A stretch of 64,000 nucleotides of DNA from Mustelus asterias (Eukaryota). Below, in pieces: positions 1 through 11,439 of the stretch. The stretch covers positions 310,001 to 374,000 of the forward strand of contig NW_027590182.1 in the NCBI RefSeq assembly GCF_964213995.1, written 5' to 3'. The position numbers were made by a program, and so were the translations under genes. The notes beneath the pieces are model-generated. The model worked only from the letters and a program-made list of their open reading frames with translations. It ran no database searches and was not told the origin of the DNA. Numbering within the stretch: the stretch's first letter is position 1; each line of letters begins with the position of its first letter.

Positions 1-259
1 TTGAGTCTGTACTGAACATAATCCCACCCAGGTCATATTCCCATGTCCCCACACATTTACCCTGCTCGTCCCCCTGACACTAGGTTCAATTTAGCATGGC
101 CAATCAACCTAACCTGCACACCTTTGGACTGTGGGAGGAAACAAGAGCACCCGGAGGAAACCGACGCAGACACGGGGAGAAAGTGCAAACTCCACACAGA
201 CAGTGACCCAGGGCCGGAATTGAACCCGGGTCCCTGGCACTGTGAGGCCGACGGTAGCA

Positions 260-508
260 ATGATGTGGGGATGCCAGCGTTGGACTGGGGTAAACACAGT
301 AAGAAGTCTCACAACACCAGGTTTAAGTCCAACAGGTTTATTTGATAGCACAAGCCACTAGCTTTTGGAGTGCTGCCCCTTCATCAGGTGAGTGAAGGGG
401 CTGATGAAGGCTCACCTGATGAAGGTGCAGTGCTCTGAAAGCTTGTGGCCTGTGCTACCAAATAAACCTGTTGGACTTTAACCTGGTGTTGTGAGACTTC
501 TTACTGTG
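260..508. mobile_element. Penelope-like element (family A) 3' end as an inverted fold-back
   Basis: About 98-bp inverted arms (295-391 / 411-508). ACTGTGAGGC duplicated at 239-248 and 503-512. Same sequence as the 3' UTR that follows the GIY-YIG C-terminus at 57340-57725. Confidence 0.8.
413..447 (+). ncRNA. Minimal type-I hammerhead ribozyme motif (PLE family A)
   Basis: CAC-CTGATGA-A-GGTGC-agt-GCTCT-GAA-AGCT-T-GTG. Core intact, one mismatch in stem II, palindromic AGCT in place of helix III. The mirror copy at 356-390 (-) has G12>A. Confidence 0.7.
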
Positions 509-945
509 AGGCAGCAGTGCTAAACACTGTGCCACCGTGCTGCCCCATTTTATAAATGCCTTAGAAGCGGTTCAGAGGAGGTTTACGAGATTGATTTCCA
601 ATCTAGTAATGTGAAACATTAACTCTGTTTCTCTCTCCACAGATGCTGCCAGAACTGCTGCGTTTTTCCAGTACTTTCTGTATTATTTTAGATCGATCTG
701 TAATGGTAGGAAAATCACTATTTACATCCAGCATAAAATAAATGTCCTTCATCAGCTTTTCTGGATCATTTCAGTGGAAATGTGCTCTCCTAGGCTCAAA
801 AAGCCTGGAAGCAAAGTCGTGTGACTGGCCAGTCCAGCAGAAATAAACCCTCTGACCCTCCCACTTGATCAACTGTCAGAATGAACATGGTTCAGTCCTG
901 GATGTGATCAACAGCAGCAATAACAGCAGAATCCAACTCCTGTCA

Positions 946-3002
946 TCACTTGTGAACTCGCTAGTGTCTCAGCAGGCTGGATGACTGAGTGAATCCTTTC
1001 CCACACACAGAGCAGGTGAATGGTTTCTCCCCAGTGTGAACTCGCTGGTGTTCCTGAAGGTTGGATGGCGTTCTAAACCTCTTTGTGCAGTGAGAGCAGC
1101 TGAACAGTCTCACCTCATTATGAATGCGCTGGTGGATAACCAGATCCCGAGAACCTTTGGAACCACTGCCACAGCCAGAGCATTTAAAGGGTCTCTCCTG
1201 GGTGTGAGTGAGATTGTGACTCAGTAGGCTGGATGAATGAGTGAATGCCTTCCCACACACAGAGCAGGTGAATGGTCTCTCATTGGTGTAAATGCGCTGG
1301 TGGATAATCAGTTCCCAAGAGCTTTTGAAACCATTTCCACAGTCAGAGCATTTAAAGGGTTTCTCATTGCTGTGAGTGACTTTGTGTTTCGACAGGTTGG
1401 ATAACTGCATAAATCCTTTCCCACACACCAAGCAGGTGAATGGTCTCTCTCCAGTGTGAGCGCGCTAGTGTCTCTGCAGATCGGGTAAATGAGCGAATCC
1501 GTTCCCACACTCAAAGCAGATGAACGCTCTTTCTCCAGTGTGAACCAACCGATGTCGCTGCAGATGATATAACCGAGTGAATCCCTTCCCACACACACAA
1601 CGGGCCCGATTTTACCGAACCTTTGCACCCGTTTTCGGGCACGAAATGGCGGTAAAGTTGGGCGTCGGGGCTATGCCGCGATCCGCACCCGATTCCGAGC
1701 GGATCGCGCCTTTACCAACGGCCGATTCAGGCGCCGTTCTGGTGCGCGCTCAAATCGGCCGGTGCGATGATTTAAATGCATTTGCATGCATTTAAATCGA
1801 CTTAATGAAGCGCGCGCCCAACTTTACCATCGATTCCCCCTTTACCAGCGTTCGGCCCAATTCGCGTCCACGCCTTTACCAACCTGATAAATAAAAGTCC
1901 AACTTGTACTTTTATTCGGCAGGGGAATCGCCGAGGCCCACCCTTCGTGGACACCCCCTCTAACCACCCCGGCAGAGCACCCCCCCACTCCCCCCCACCT
2001 GGGATCCGACCCCTCTGGGAGGCAGGTCCTCGCAGCAGAGCACACCCCTAACCTACCTCGATTGTGGTCTCCCTCCACCATCCTTCCCACTCACCTTCAG
2101 TCCTTCGACAGCCTGCAGCACATTCCTGGACACTGACTTCGAGCCACGGCTGAAGTGACCGGGCTTCACTCAGGTCCGCTGGCGTCTGCCGGAGAGGGGG
2201 GGAGGGCGGGCCCAGTTGGAACTCTGGTGGGGGGGGGGGTGGGATGAGGAGAGGGGCGGGCCCACATTGCCCTCTTGGTGGTGGGGGGGAGGTGGGAGGG
2301 GAGGGGGTGTGACTTATCCTCTGGGTGGTGGGGGGGGTGGAGGGGGTGTGACGTCTCATCCTCTGGTCGGGGGGTTCCGCTGCGTGTCTGCGGCCAATCC
2401 CTCCTGGCACCATCACTGGTACACTACCAGCCACAGCAATCTCTCCCACTCTCTCGCACCTGCAGGGAAGAGTAATCTGTGGCTGGTAGTGTCCCAGTGA
2501 TGGTACACACACCGTCTCCCCTCCTCCCCCCCCCCCCCCCCCCCCGCCCCCCCCAGGGTATGAGACATCACACACCCTCCCCTCCCAACCCCCAGGGGAT
2601 GATAAGTCACACCCCCTCCCCTCCTCCCCCGCCACCCCCCCCCCCCCCACCCCCCCACCAACCAGAGGATGAACAGCAGAGGGGCTCTCTCCACTCTCTG
2701 CTTTTTTTTTCACGCCCGGGCGCGTTCTGTCAGATTTTTTGTTCGGAGCTCCTATTGTTCCGGCAGCGCTAAGCCCCGCCCACTGGACCAGCACCAGAAA
2801 AAAGCGTATGTGCACGCTGGAGCGCGGCCTCCGGGCTCGGATCTATTTGACGTCCGCACCCGGCACTTAGTCTCTAAATGGTAAAATCGGGCCCAACAGG
2901 TGTACACGGCTTCTCTCCAGTGTGAATACGTTGATGAGTTTGCAGCTCAGAGGGGGTTTTGCAACCCTTCCCACAGTCCCCACATTTCCACGGTTTCTCC
3001 AT
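946..3002 (-). pseudogene. C2H2 zinc-finger pseudogene A, split by a DNA-transposon insertion
   Basis: ATG of [10 protein letters not shown] at 3002-3000. Fingers resume left of 1601 (ORF 961..1431 CGKGFMQLSNLSKHKVTH...). In-frame TAGs near 1465 and 961, a 2-bp frameshift near 2901, and a 1.29-kb insert at 1602-2894. Close paralog of the gene at 44775. Confidence 0.9.
1602..2894. mobile_element. Non-autonomous PIF/Harbinger-like DNA transposon (MITE)
   Basis: Perfect 15-bp TIRs GGGCCCGATTTTACC (1602-1616) / GGTAAAATCGGGCCC (2880-2894). 3-bp TSD AAC (1599-1601, 2895-2897). CpG-rich, no transposase ORF. Superfamily inferred from the GGG termini and 3-bp TSD. Confidence 0.8.
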
Positions 3003-3649
3003 GTTGCAGGTGTCCTTGTGTTGCTCCAGGTTTGACCATCAGTTGAAGATTATGGTGCCCTGCTGTGATGGTGCAATATTGTTTACGGCCGTGTAACTGG
3101 GAAGCTCTTTCCTCAGTCAACAGGAAAATCCCAGTTGATTTTGTGTGCGTGTGTCAGTCCTGTTCCAGTCACACTGATGTTTGGACAAAAAACATTTGTG
3201 TGTGTGGTATACAGACCACCAAATTAATGGTAATGTTGGGAAAAGCATCAGACAGGAAATCAGAGATGCATGTGTAAAAAAAATATCTGTGATTAGAGGT
3301 GACTTTAATCTGCATATAGATTGGGTGATCAAATTAATCACATTACAATAGAGGAGGAATGTTTGGAGTGGTTTTCTGGACCAATACCTTTGAGGGACTA
3401 AGGGAGCATGCCATCTTGAACTGGGTATTGTGCAATGAGAAAGGATTGACAATCTAGTTGTGAGAGAACCCTTGGGGATGAGCGACCATAATATGATAGA
3501 ATTCTTTGTCAAGGTGAATAATGATGTAGTTGATTCTGACACCAGAGTCCTGAATTTCAGTAAAGGTAACTATAATGGATTGAGGCATGGATTGGCTATG
3601 ATGGACTGGGAAACATGACTGAAAGGAAGGACAGTGGACAGACAATGTT

Positions 3650-3910
3650 AAAGTTTATTTATTAGACACAAGCAAGGCTGACATTAACACTGCAATGAAG
3701 TTACTGTGAAATTCCCCTAGTCGCCACACTCCGGCGCCTGTTCGGGTCAATGTATCTAACAACACGTCTTTCAAAATGTGGGAGGAAACCGGAGCACCCG
3801 GAGGAAACCCACGCGGACACGGGGAGAACATGCAAACTCCACAGAGACAGTGACCCAAGCCAGGAATCGAACCCGGCAGCATTGCGAACCACTATGCCAC
3901 CGTGCCACCC
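3650..3910 (-). mobile_element. V-SINE with alternative 3' tail
   Basis: V-domain plus the tail gtaacttcattgcagtgttaatgt..cttgtgtctaataaataaac on the - strand. Confidence 0.8.
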
Positions 3911-5044
3911 ACGGTAGGCATTTAAGGAACAAGTAGGTGAACTCAAAGCTGTTTACTCCTATTTGGCACAAGAGTGGAAAAGGAACTGTAGCCAAACCAT
4001 TGCTTCCAAGGGAAATTAGAGAGAGCATTAGATTCCAAGAAGAAGCATAAAAATTGGCAAGAAAAAGCAAAAGACCTGAGGATTGGGAGCAGTTTAAAAT
4101 ACAGCAAAGGAGGACCAAGGAATTGATTCAGAAGGAGAAATTAGAATATGAAAGTAAGCTAGTGGAGAACATAAAAACTGAGTGTAAAAGGTTCTATAGG
4201 TATGTAAAGAGAAAAAGGTTGACAAAACGAATGTAGGCCCTTTACAGTCAGAAACAGGAGAATTCATAACGGGGAATAAAGAAGTGGCTGAGGAACTAAA
4301 TTCGTACTTTGCTTCTGAATTCACAAAGGAATATCCCATGATTCAAAAAGGGAGGAAGCGAGAAAGTGGGGAACTATAGACTACTGAACCTCATGTAGGT
4401 AGTAGGGAAGTTGCTAGGGTCAGCATAACCAAAGTCTTATACAGCTGCAACATGTTTTTCCAATTCTTATATACTCAGCGTCTCGACCGATTTAAGGCCA
4501 GCATGCGATTCGCCCTCTTGACCACCTTGTCCACCTGAGTTGCCACGTTCAGCGTACTGTGGATCTGCACACTTAGATCCCTCTGTACGCCAACATTTCT
4601 AAGGACTCTAGCATTTACTGTATACTTTCCTTCTGCAGTAGACCTTCCAAATTACATCACCTCACGTTTGTCTGTGTTAAATTCCATCTGCCATCTTTTG
4701 GTTCAGGTCTCCAGGCAATTTATATCCTGCTGTATCCTCTGACAAATGGTATGTTGGCCTTCATAGCAACAGGATTTGAGTACAGGAATAGGGATGTTTT
4801 ACTGAAATTATACAGGGCATTGGTGAGGCCACATCTGGACTATTGTGTGCAGTTTGGTGTCCTTATCTGAGGAAGGATGTCCTTGCTATAGAGGGAGCAC
4901 AGTGAAGGTTTACCCGGCTGATTCCTAGGATGGCAGATCTGTCATAAGAGGAGAGACTAAGTCAGTTAGGATTGTATAAATTGGAATTTAGAAGAGTGAG
5001 AGGGGATCTCATTGAAACTTATAAAATTCTAACTGGATTAAGTT

Positions 5045-5343
5045 TCAAGTTTATTTATTAGTGTCACAAGTCAGCTTACATTAACACTGCAATGAAGTTA
5101 CTGTTAAAATTCTCTAGTCGCCACACTCTGTCGCCTGTTCGGGTACACTGAAGGAGAATATAGCACGGCCAATTCACCTAACCAGCACATCTTTTGGACT
5201 GTGGGAGGAAACCGGAGCACCCGGAGGAAACCCACGCAGACACGGGGAAAATGTGCAAACTCCGCAAAGACAGTGACCCAAGCCAGGAATCAAACCCGGG
5301 TCCCTGGCGCTGTCATGTAGCAGTGCTAACCACTGTGCCACCA
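5045..5343 (-). mobile_element. V-SINE with alternative 3' tail
   Basis: Same head, V-domain and tail as 3650-3910. Inserted into CR1. Confidence 0.85.
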
Positions 5344-5969
5344 GGGTAGATTCAGAAAGAATGTCCCCAATGCTGGGGGAATCCAGAACTAGGGGTCATA
5401 GTTTGAGGATAAGGGGTCAACCATTCAGGACCCAAAGAGTGGTGAATGTGTGGAATTCACTACCACAGAGGCAAAACTGTTAGAGTCATAGAGGTTAACA
5501 GTATGCAAACAGGCCCTTCGGCCCAACTTGTCCATGCCGCCCCCTTTTGTTTAACCACTGATCCAGTCCCAATTGCCTGCGTTTGGCCCACATCCCGCTA
5601 TAGCCATCTAACCCATGTAATTGTCTAAACGCTTTTTAAAAGACAAAATTGCACCCGCCCCTACTACTACCTGTTGTATGATTTCAGGAAGGAAGTAGAT
5701 TTGGCTCTTGGGGCTAAAGGTATCAAGGGATATGGATGAGGAGGGGTGGGGGAGAAGAGGCAGGATCAGGATATTGATTTTGATGATCAGCCATGATAAT
5801 AATGAGTGGTGGAGCAGGCTTGAAGGGCCGAATGGCCTATTCCTGATTCTATTTTCTATGCATGTTTCTATGTAACAGAGCTGGGGTTATTTTTCAATTC
5901 AGCAGAAATAGACTCAAATGAATGTGGTTCAGTCTGAATATGAGAAGCAGCAAAATCCAATCACAATAA

Positions 5970-6554
5970 TTACTTATGAATTCGCTGATGTGTCAGCAGA
6001 GTGGATGACTGACTGAATCCCTTCCCACACACACAGCAGATAAATGGCTTCTCTCCAGTGTGAATTCGTTGGTGTCTCAGCAGATTAGCTGAGTGAGTGA
6101 ATCCCTTCCCACACTGGGAACAGGCGAATGGCCTCTCCCCAGTGTGAACTCGCTGGTGTTTTGCGAGGTTGGATGACTCCTTGAATTTCTTCCCACACAC
6201 AGAGCAGGTGAATGGTCTGGCCTCAGTGTGAATTCGCCGGTGTTTTGCGAGGTTGGCTGACTGACTGAATCTCTTCCCACACTGGAAGCAAGTGAACGGC
6301 CTCTCCCCAGTGTGAACTCGCTTGTGTAATGCTAGGTTGAATGACTGATTGAATCCCTTCCCGCACACACAGCAGCTGAATGGTCTCTCCTCAGTGTGAA
6401 TCCTTTGGTGTATACGCAAGCTGGATGACTGAATGAATCCCCTCCCGCATCGGGAGCAGGTGAATGGCCTCTCCCCAGTGTGACTGCGTCGATGAGTTTC
6501 CAGCTGCGATGGGTATTTGAATCCCTTCCCACAGTCCTCACATTTCCATGCCAT
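5970..6554 (-). CDS. C2H2 zinc-finger protein B, 7 intact fingers
   Basis: [12 protein letters not shown]...HQRIHK* with TGERPF linkers. ATG at 6554-6552. The ORF track extends the frame to 6644 from a GTG through a degenerate finger. Confidence 0.8.
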   Translation of the reverse strand: MAWKCEDCGKGFKYPSQLETHRRSHTGERPFTCSRCGRGFIQSSSLRIHQRIHTEERPFSCCVCGKGFNQSFNLALHKRVHTGERPFTCFQCGKRFSQSANLAKHRRIHTEARPFTCSVCGKKFKESSNLAKHQRVHTGERPFACSQCGKGFTHSANLLRHQRIHTGEKPFICCVCGKGFSQSSTLLTHQRIHK

Positions 6555-7629
6555 CTCCTTGTTGTGACTGTAATTATGTTCCGAAAGGCTGGATGATTGG
6601 TTGAAGACTTGTCCACACACAACACGTGTACAGTTTCTCTCCACTGCGAATGGCGCTGTTTTCTTCTATATTCAAAACACAATGATATTCAGGTTACAAT
6701 AACTTGGCCAACTCCATCAGGTTCTGATACCACGTTTGGTTTGCGTTTCCCCACTGCAAATCCTCCTCTTCTAAATCAAACTGATTTAAAACAGCAAAAA
6801 GGGAGTGAGAGAGAACCCACAAAAACACAAAGGCAAGTTGTGAAATTGAGCTGAATGAATCTGGTATTTTGTGGGACGGAGTGAGGGAAAGATAAACATA
6901 AAAGCTGCTGAATTGTCATAAAAACCCAACTGAGTCACTAATGTCCTTCAGGGAAGGGTATGTGTCACCTGGGTCTACACAAGAATCTGGGCACTGTGTG
7001 AGGTGACAGAGAGAAGTGGGAGAGGCAGTGGCGAAGAAGAGGGATTTCAAACATCTATAACTCGACGGGAACTTTGACAGAATCTCCCAAACTCTCAATC
7101 TCCATCACCTATAAGGACCAAGGTAGCAGGTAGATGTGAACACCATCACCTCCAAGTTCGCTTCTAACTCACACACCATTCTGGCTTGTCTGACATCCAG
7201 TACTAAAAGAACAGAAATTTCTTCCATATAAATACTGGGAAGACTGAACCCATTGAGTTCAGTTCCCACTACAAATTCCACTCTCTCACCAGCAAATCTA
7301 CCCCTCTTCCTAGCAACTGTCTTGGGGTGAAATATTTCACCCCAAGATGAGCTTCCAGCCACATATCATCATCAAGACTGCCTATTTGTGACATGAAACT
7401 CAGGAGAATGAGGATATAGAGGGAGAATGAAACTGACTGAATTGCTCTACAGAGAGTTGCTATGGATTTGAGTTGCCAAATGGATTCTTTCCATGCTGTA
7501 ATGTTTGCATCACTGAAAATATATATGACTGTAACACTACATACTCTACCTCTCCTTTCCTTTTCTATGTACAGTATGCTTTGCCTGTATAGTACGCAAA
7601 AAACAATACTTTTCATTGTACACTAATCC

Positions 7630-7798
7630 AAGAATAGAATCCCTACAGTGCAGAAGGAGGCCATTCGGCCACCGAGTCTGTATCAACCACAATCCCACCC
7701 AGGCCCTATTCCCGCAACCCCACATATTTACCCTGCTAATCCCCCGACACTATGATCAATTTATTATGGCCAATCAACCTAACCCACACATCTTTGGA
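7630..7798 (-). mobile_element. HE1-like SINE 3' half
   Basis: CR1-type tail agaatccctacagtgcagaaggaggccattcggcc on the + strand. Nested in a Rex1 tail (7520-7625 ... 8380-8400). Confidence 0.75.
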
Positions 7799-8357
7799 AC
7801 CAAAAGAGAAAATGCTGGAAAATCTCGGCAGGTCTGGCAGCATCTGTAAGGAGAGAAAAGAGATGACATTTCGAGTCCAGATGACCTTTTGTCAAAGCTA
7901 AAAAGCATAGAAAGTGGGAGATATTTATACGCAGGGTGAGGGAATGAAAGATGAGTCATAGCCACAGAAACTCCTTTGCTTCCCCTTTCCTTAAATATTA
8001 CCTCTCTCCCACCCATTCTTCACCCCCCCCCCCATCCCCCCACATCTTCATCTGTCACAGCTTACCCTCTGATTTCAGCTTCTCTGCCATTAGGCCATTC
8101 ACACCCTTTATTCTCTCTATGGACTGCCATTAGCAGCCTTTTCCCCTGGTTTCTGTGGCTATGACTCATCTTTCAGTCCCTCACCCTGCAGCATAAATAT
8201 CTCCCACTTTCTCTGCCTTTTAGCTTTGACAAAGGGTCATCTGGACTCGAACCGTCAGCTCTTTTCTCTCCTTACAGATGCTGCCAGACCTGCTGAGATT
8301 TTCCAGCATTTTCTCTTTTGGTTTCAGATTCCAGCATCTGCAGTAATTTGCTTTTAT
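7799..8357. mobile_element. Penelope-like element (family B) 3' end with inverted arm
   Basis: About 173-bp inverted arms (7799-7971 / 8149-8322). Imperfect 15-bp flanking duplication CC(A/G)CACAT(C/T)TTTGGA at 7784-7798 and 8358-8372. Each arm contains a hammerhead-like motif. The PLE call is inferred from architecture, because no ORF is present. Confidence 0.7.
8222..8260 (+). ncRNA. Hammerhead ribozyme-like motif (family B, U3-A8 variant), degenerate
   Basis: AGCT-TTGACAA-A-GGGTC-atctg-GACTC-GAA-CCGT-C-AGCT. The mirror copy at 7861-7899 (-) reads AGCT-TTGACAA-A-AGGTC-atctg-GACTC-GAA-ATGT-C-ATCT. Confidence 0.6.
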
Positions 8358-8699
8358 CCGCACATTTTTGGACAAGGGACAATAATAAATCGAATCAAAT
8401 AGGTAACATTGACAAAGTGCTATATATTCCAAGACAAGAAATAGGGAATCATAAATAACATAGTATATAACATATAACTACGTTAAACATATCTCTGTCC
8501 CATACTAATTTACTGTTCATTTAAATATTAGCCCTCTCCTGGGAAACTCCCCCTTTAATTGTGAACATTGGGTAAGAGCTATCCTATTATCCAGATAAAT
8601 AAATCTGTCAAACTTAGGGAGTTAAAGGTTGTCAATGTCTTTGAGAGAGAAAGAAAAAGATACCTGGGCCTCGTCCTGCTCCTAATTCTGGTGTCCGTC

Positions 8700-9160
8700 T
8701 GTAACCTTTCCAGAGTCTGCAGCCTCCCTGGATTCACTTCCTTTCCCTTCAGTTGCTGCAAGTCCCCAATTTCCCCCAGAATGAGAAAAGAAATGGAAAG
8801 GGGGAAATATTGATTTCCTCCCAGATGTTGGCCCAGAGGTTTCACTCTGAAGCTTGTTGGCCAACTTCCGCGTTGTGACGTCACAATGGAGCCCTGCCTG
8901 AAGCAGCCAATAGGAATCAATCTGCTCCACGGTGACGTCCTGATGTTCCAGTGCGCAGGCTCGGACGCTGTCGCCTCTCCACCCCCTCCCCCCGGATAGA
9001 GATCCATTGATGCCCCTCCTCCGAGGTCTGGCCAATCGGGAGCCCTGGCAGACCGGAAGGACTCTTGTACTCCAGCCAATCAGTGGGTGGGCTTTGTGAC
9101 ATAGGAGGTTGAGCTTCACACAGACTGAACCTTCTTCCTGTGTCCCACATCTGTGAGTAA
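8700..9160. promoter_or_regulatory. Candidate bidirectional promoter P1 (type 1) between ZF B (-) and ZF C (+)
   Basis: CpG-rich. TGACGTCA at 8876-8883; CCAAT at 8907, 9032 and 9076; donor GTGAGT at 9153. Homologous (inverted) to 56480-57340. Confidence 0.65.
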
Positions 9161-9497
9161 AACAGTTTGTTTGTGTTGCAGATAAAGAACAGGCAGGGTG
9201 TGAGAGGTTTTCAGGAGGGAAGGGAAGAGTTCAATGAACAGTGAAGCTGTGAGTGGGAGATGGGGAGGGAGTCTGAGCAGCTGGAAAAAGGAGAACAAAA
9301 AGGCTGATTGGGAGAATCTACCAGTGAGAGATCCAGAGGCTGTGACTCCTGGGGCTGCCTGTGGAAATGGGCTGTAGGGAAAGAGTCCAGTCCAACCTCC
9401 TGTAAAGGGAAAGGAGCTGAACCTATACCTGGGAAATTTAGAGAGTTGTGGGACTCTGTAACTAGAATTAGAGCCAAATATGTGGAGGGGGGAAATG

Positions 9498-10220
9498 TTT
9501 GATTTTATTTGATTTGATTTATTATTGTCACATGTATTAACATACATGTTTTTTGCACGTTATCCAGACAAAGCATACCGTTCATAGAGAAGGAAACAAG
9601 AGAGTGCAGAATGTAGTGTTACAGTTATAGCTAGGGTATAGAGAAAGATCAACTTCATGCAAGGTAGGTCCATTCAAAAGTCTGACAGCAGCAGGGACAA
9701 AGCTGTTCTTGTGTCAGTTGGTACGTGACCTCAGACTTTTGTATATTTTTCCCTATGGAAGAAGGTGGAAGAGAGAATGTCCGGGGTGCGTGGGGTTCTT
9801 AATTATGCTGGCTGCTTTGCCACGGCAGCGAGAAGTGTAATCAGAGTCATAGAAATCATAGAAACCCGACAGCACAGAAAGAGGCCATTCGGCCCATCGA
9901 GTCTGCACCGACCACAATCCCACCCAGGCCCTACCCCCATATCCCTACATATTTTACCCACTAATCCCTCTAATCTACGCATCCCAGGACACTAAGGGGC
10001 AATTTTAGCATGGCCAATCAACCTAACCCGCACATCTTTAGACTGTGGGAGGAAACCAGAGCACCCAGAGGAAACCCACGCAGACACGAGGAGAATGTGC
10101 AAACTCCACACAGACAGTGACCCAAGCCGGGAATCGAACCCAGGTCCCTGGAGCTGTGAAGCAGCAGTGCTAACCACTGTGCTACCGTGAGTCAATGGAT
10201 GGGAGGCTGGTTTGTGATGC
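9498..10220 (-). mobile_element. Rex1/Babar LINE 3' fragment with nested HE1-like SINE (about 9845-10187)
   Basis: (tttga)n tail at 9498-9520. Matches the reverse complement of 18250-18440 and 19275-19468. The nested SINE is nearly identical to 41086-41431. Confidence 0.8.
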
Positions 10221-11439
10221 TTGTAAATATTTGTAAACATTTGTAAATCTTTGTGATTTTGTGGAACCTGTTGTTATTGTCTGAACTATTTAAAGTCAAA
10301 TTTATCCTGTCTGTTCAAGTACCATTGTCTGTGAATGCATGCTTCATTTATGTTGATTTTAGTTTGGTTATTGCAGTAAAAGTATGAAGTTAATGAAACC
10401 TTATTCTTTGGTTTATTCCATTGGGATTGTCTGGGAAATTGTTTATTTGAAGATTATCAGTCTCTATGGAGATCATAACAGAGGTGTTTCTAGTTTTGTT
10501 ATTGTACATGTTAGATGTATTATTTTTGGTGCTGTAGTAAAGTATTTATTTTTTATTTCTATTCTTGGAATATAGTAATATAGTTGTGTTATACATTTCC
10601 AGTCAGTGAGACATTGCAGCACAAAAAGAGTCCATTTGGCAACTCGAGTCCATGTCAACTCTCCATAGAACAACCAGTGGGTCCCATTCCCCCTCTGTAT
10701 CACTGTCCTACAGGTTTATTTCTTTTGAATGACCAACATCATTTGAAATCATGGGTTCTCTCTGCTTCCACCATCCGCATGTGGGGTGAATTCCAGTTTA
10801 TGACCACTTGAAGTCCAAACAAACATTCAACACATATTCCCTACCTCTCTCTAATAAAGTAATATAGCACTTTTACACAAATGATAGTCCAGTTCTATAT
10901 GAATATAAGGGATATATTGGTGAACAGCTTGCCTGAAGATTGTCAGGTCTTTGTGTCCTGGAGCATGAACCAGCAGCTTCAGCAGAATCGGGAGGGTGAA
11001 GATTCGGTGCAGAATGTGTGGGACAGAAATTTACAACTTTTCAGGAATAAAAGAATAGAAAATAGTTTAATTGAATCGAGAATTGTCCATCCTGAATTTT
11101 TTTTCTATGTGTACGGTGTTGACTTTTGTAAACTTCTTTCACAGGATATTAGAAGGGGAGGATTTACAGGACAGAAATATCAAAACAAAACATTACGTTC
11201 AGATCTGACAGTCACTCGATTAATCACAACGTGAATATCATTGGCCTTTGACTCTAGAAGGAGAATTATTTGGGTTTGTTTCTGTCTGTGGGAAAAGATT
11301 GAACATTAGTGTGACTGGAAAAGCACTGAGAAGTACAAACCTGAGTGTGTGTTCAGGTTACACAGCCTGAAAAGCATTGCCCCATTTACATTGAGAGGGA
11401 GTGTACATCTGTTCTCAGTGAGGACGAGGCTTCAACTGA

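Larger units (their letters stand above)
1..545 (-). mobile_element. HE1-like tRNA-derived V-SINE, interrupted by a Penelope-like fold-back
   Basis: Reverse complement has the tRNA-like head (gcacagtg-ttagcactgctgcctcacag) and the V-domain gtgtggagtttgca..ctccccgtgtctgcgt..gtttcctccgggtgctc. Insert at about 249-508. Confidence 0.9.
3200..5872 (+). mobile_element. Degenerate CR1 LINE mosaic (+ fragments, a - fragment at about 4421-4744, nested SINEs, and a - CR1 3' end at about 5480-5672)
   Basis: ORF remnants such as EDWEQFKIQQRRTKELIQKEKLEYESKLVENIKTECKRFYRYVKRKR resemble the CR1 ORF2 at 58716-61061. 3' tail ttctatg at about 5855-5872. Confidence 0.85.

Noticed and set aside
2048-2815. 255-aa Gly/Pro-rich ORF as a transposase or host gene
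   Set aside because: It arises from G and C homopolymer tracts and has no DDE or Myb motif.
8568-9150. ORFs across promoter modules (also at 41.6-42.5 kb and 56.7-57.4 kb) as a conserved N-terminal effector domain
   Set aside because: Shared peptides such as FLILGEIGDLQQL lie downstream of the donor position, frames and starts differ among copies, and the leader stops block fusion to the fingers.
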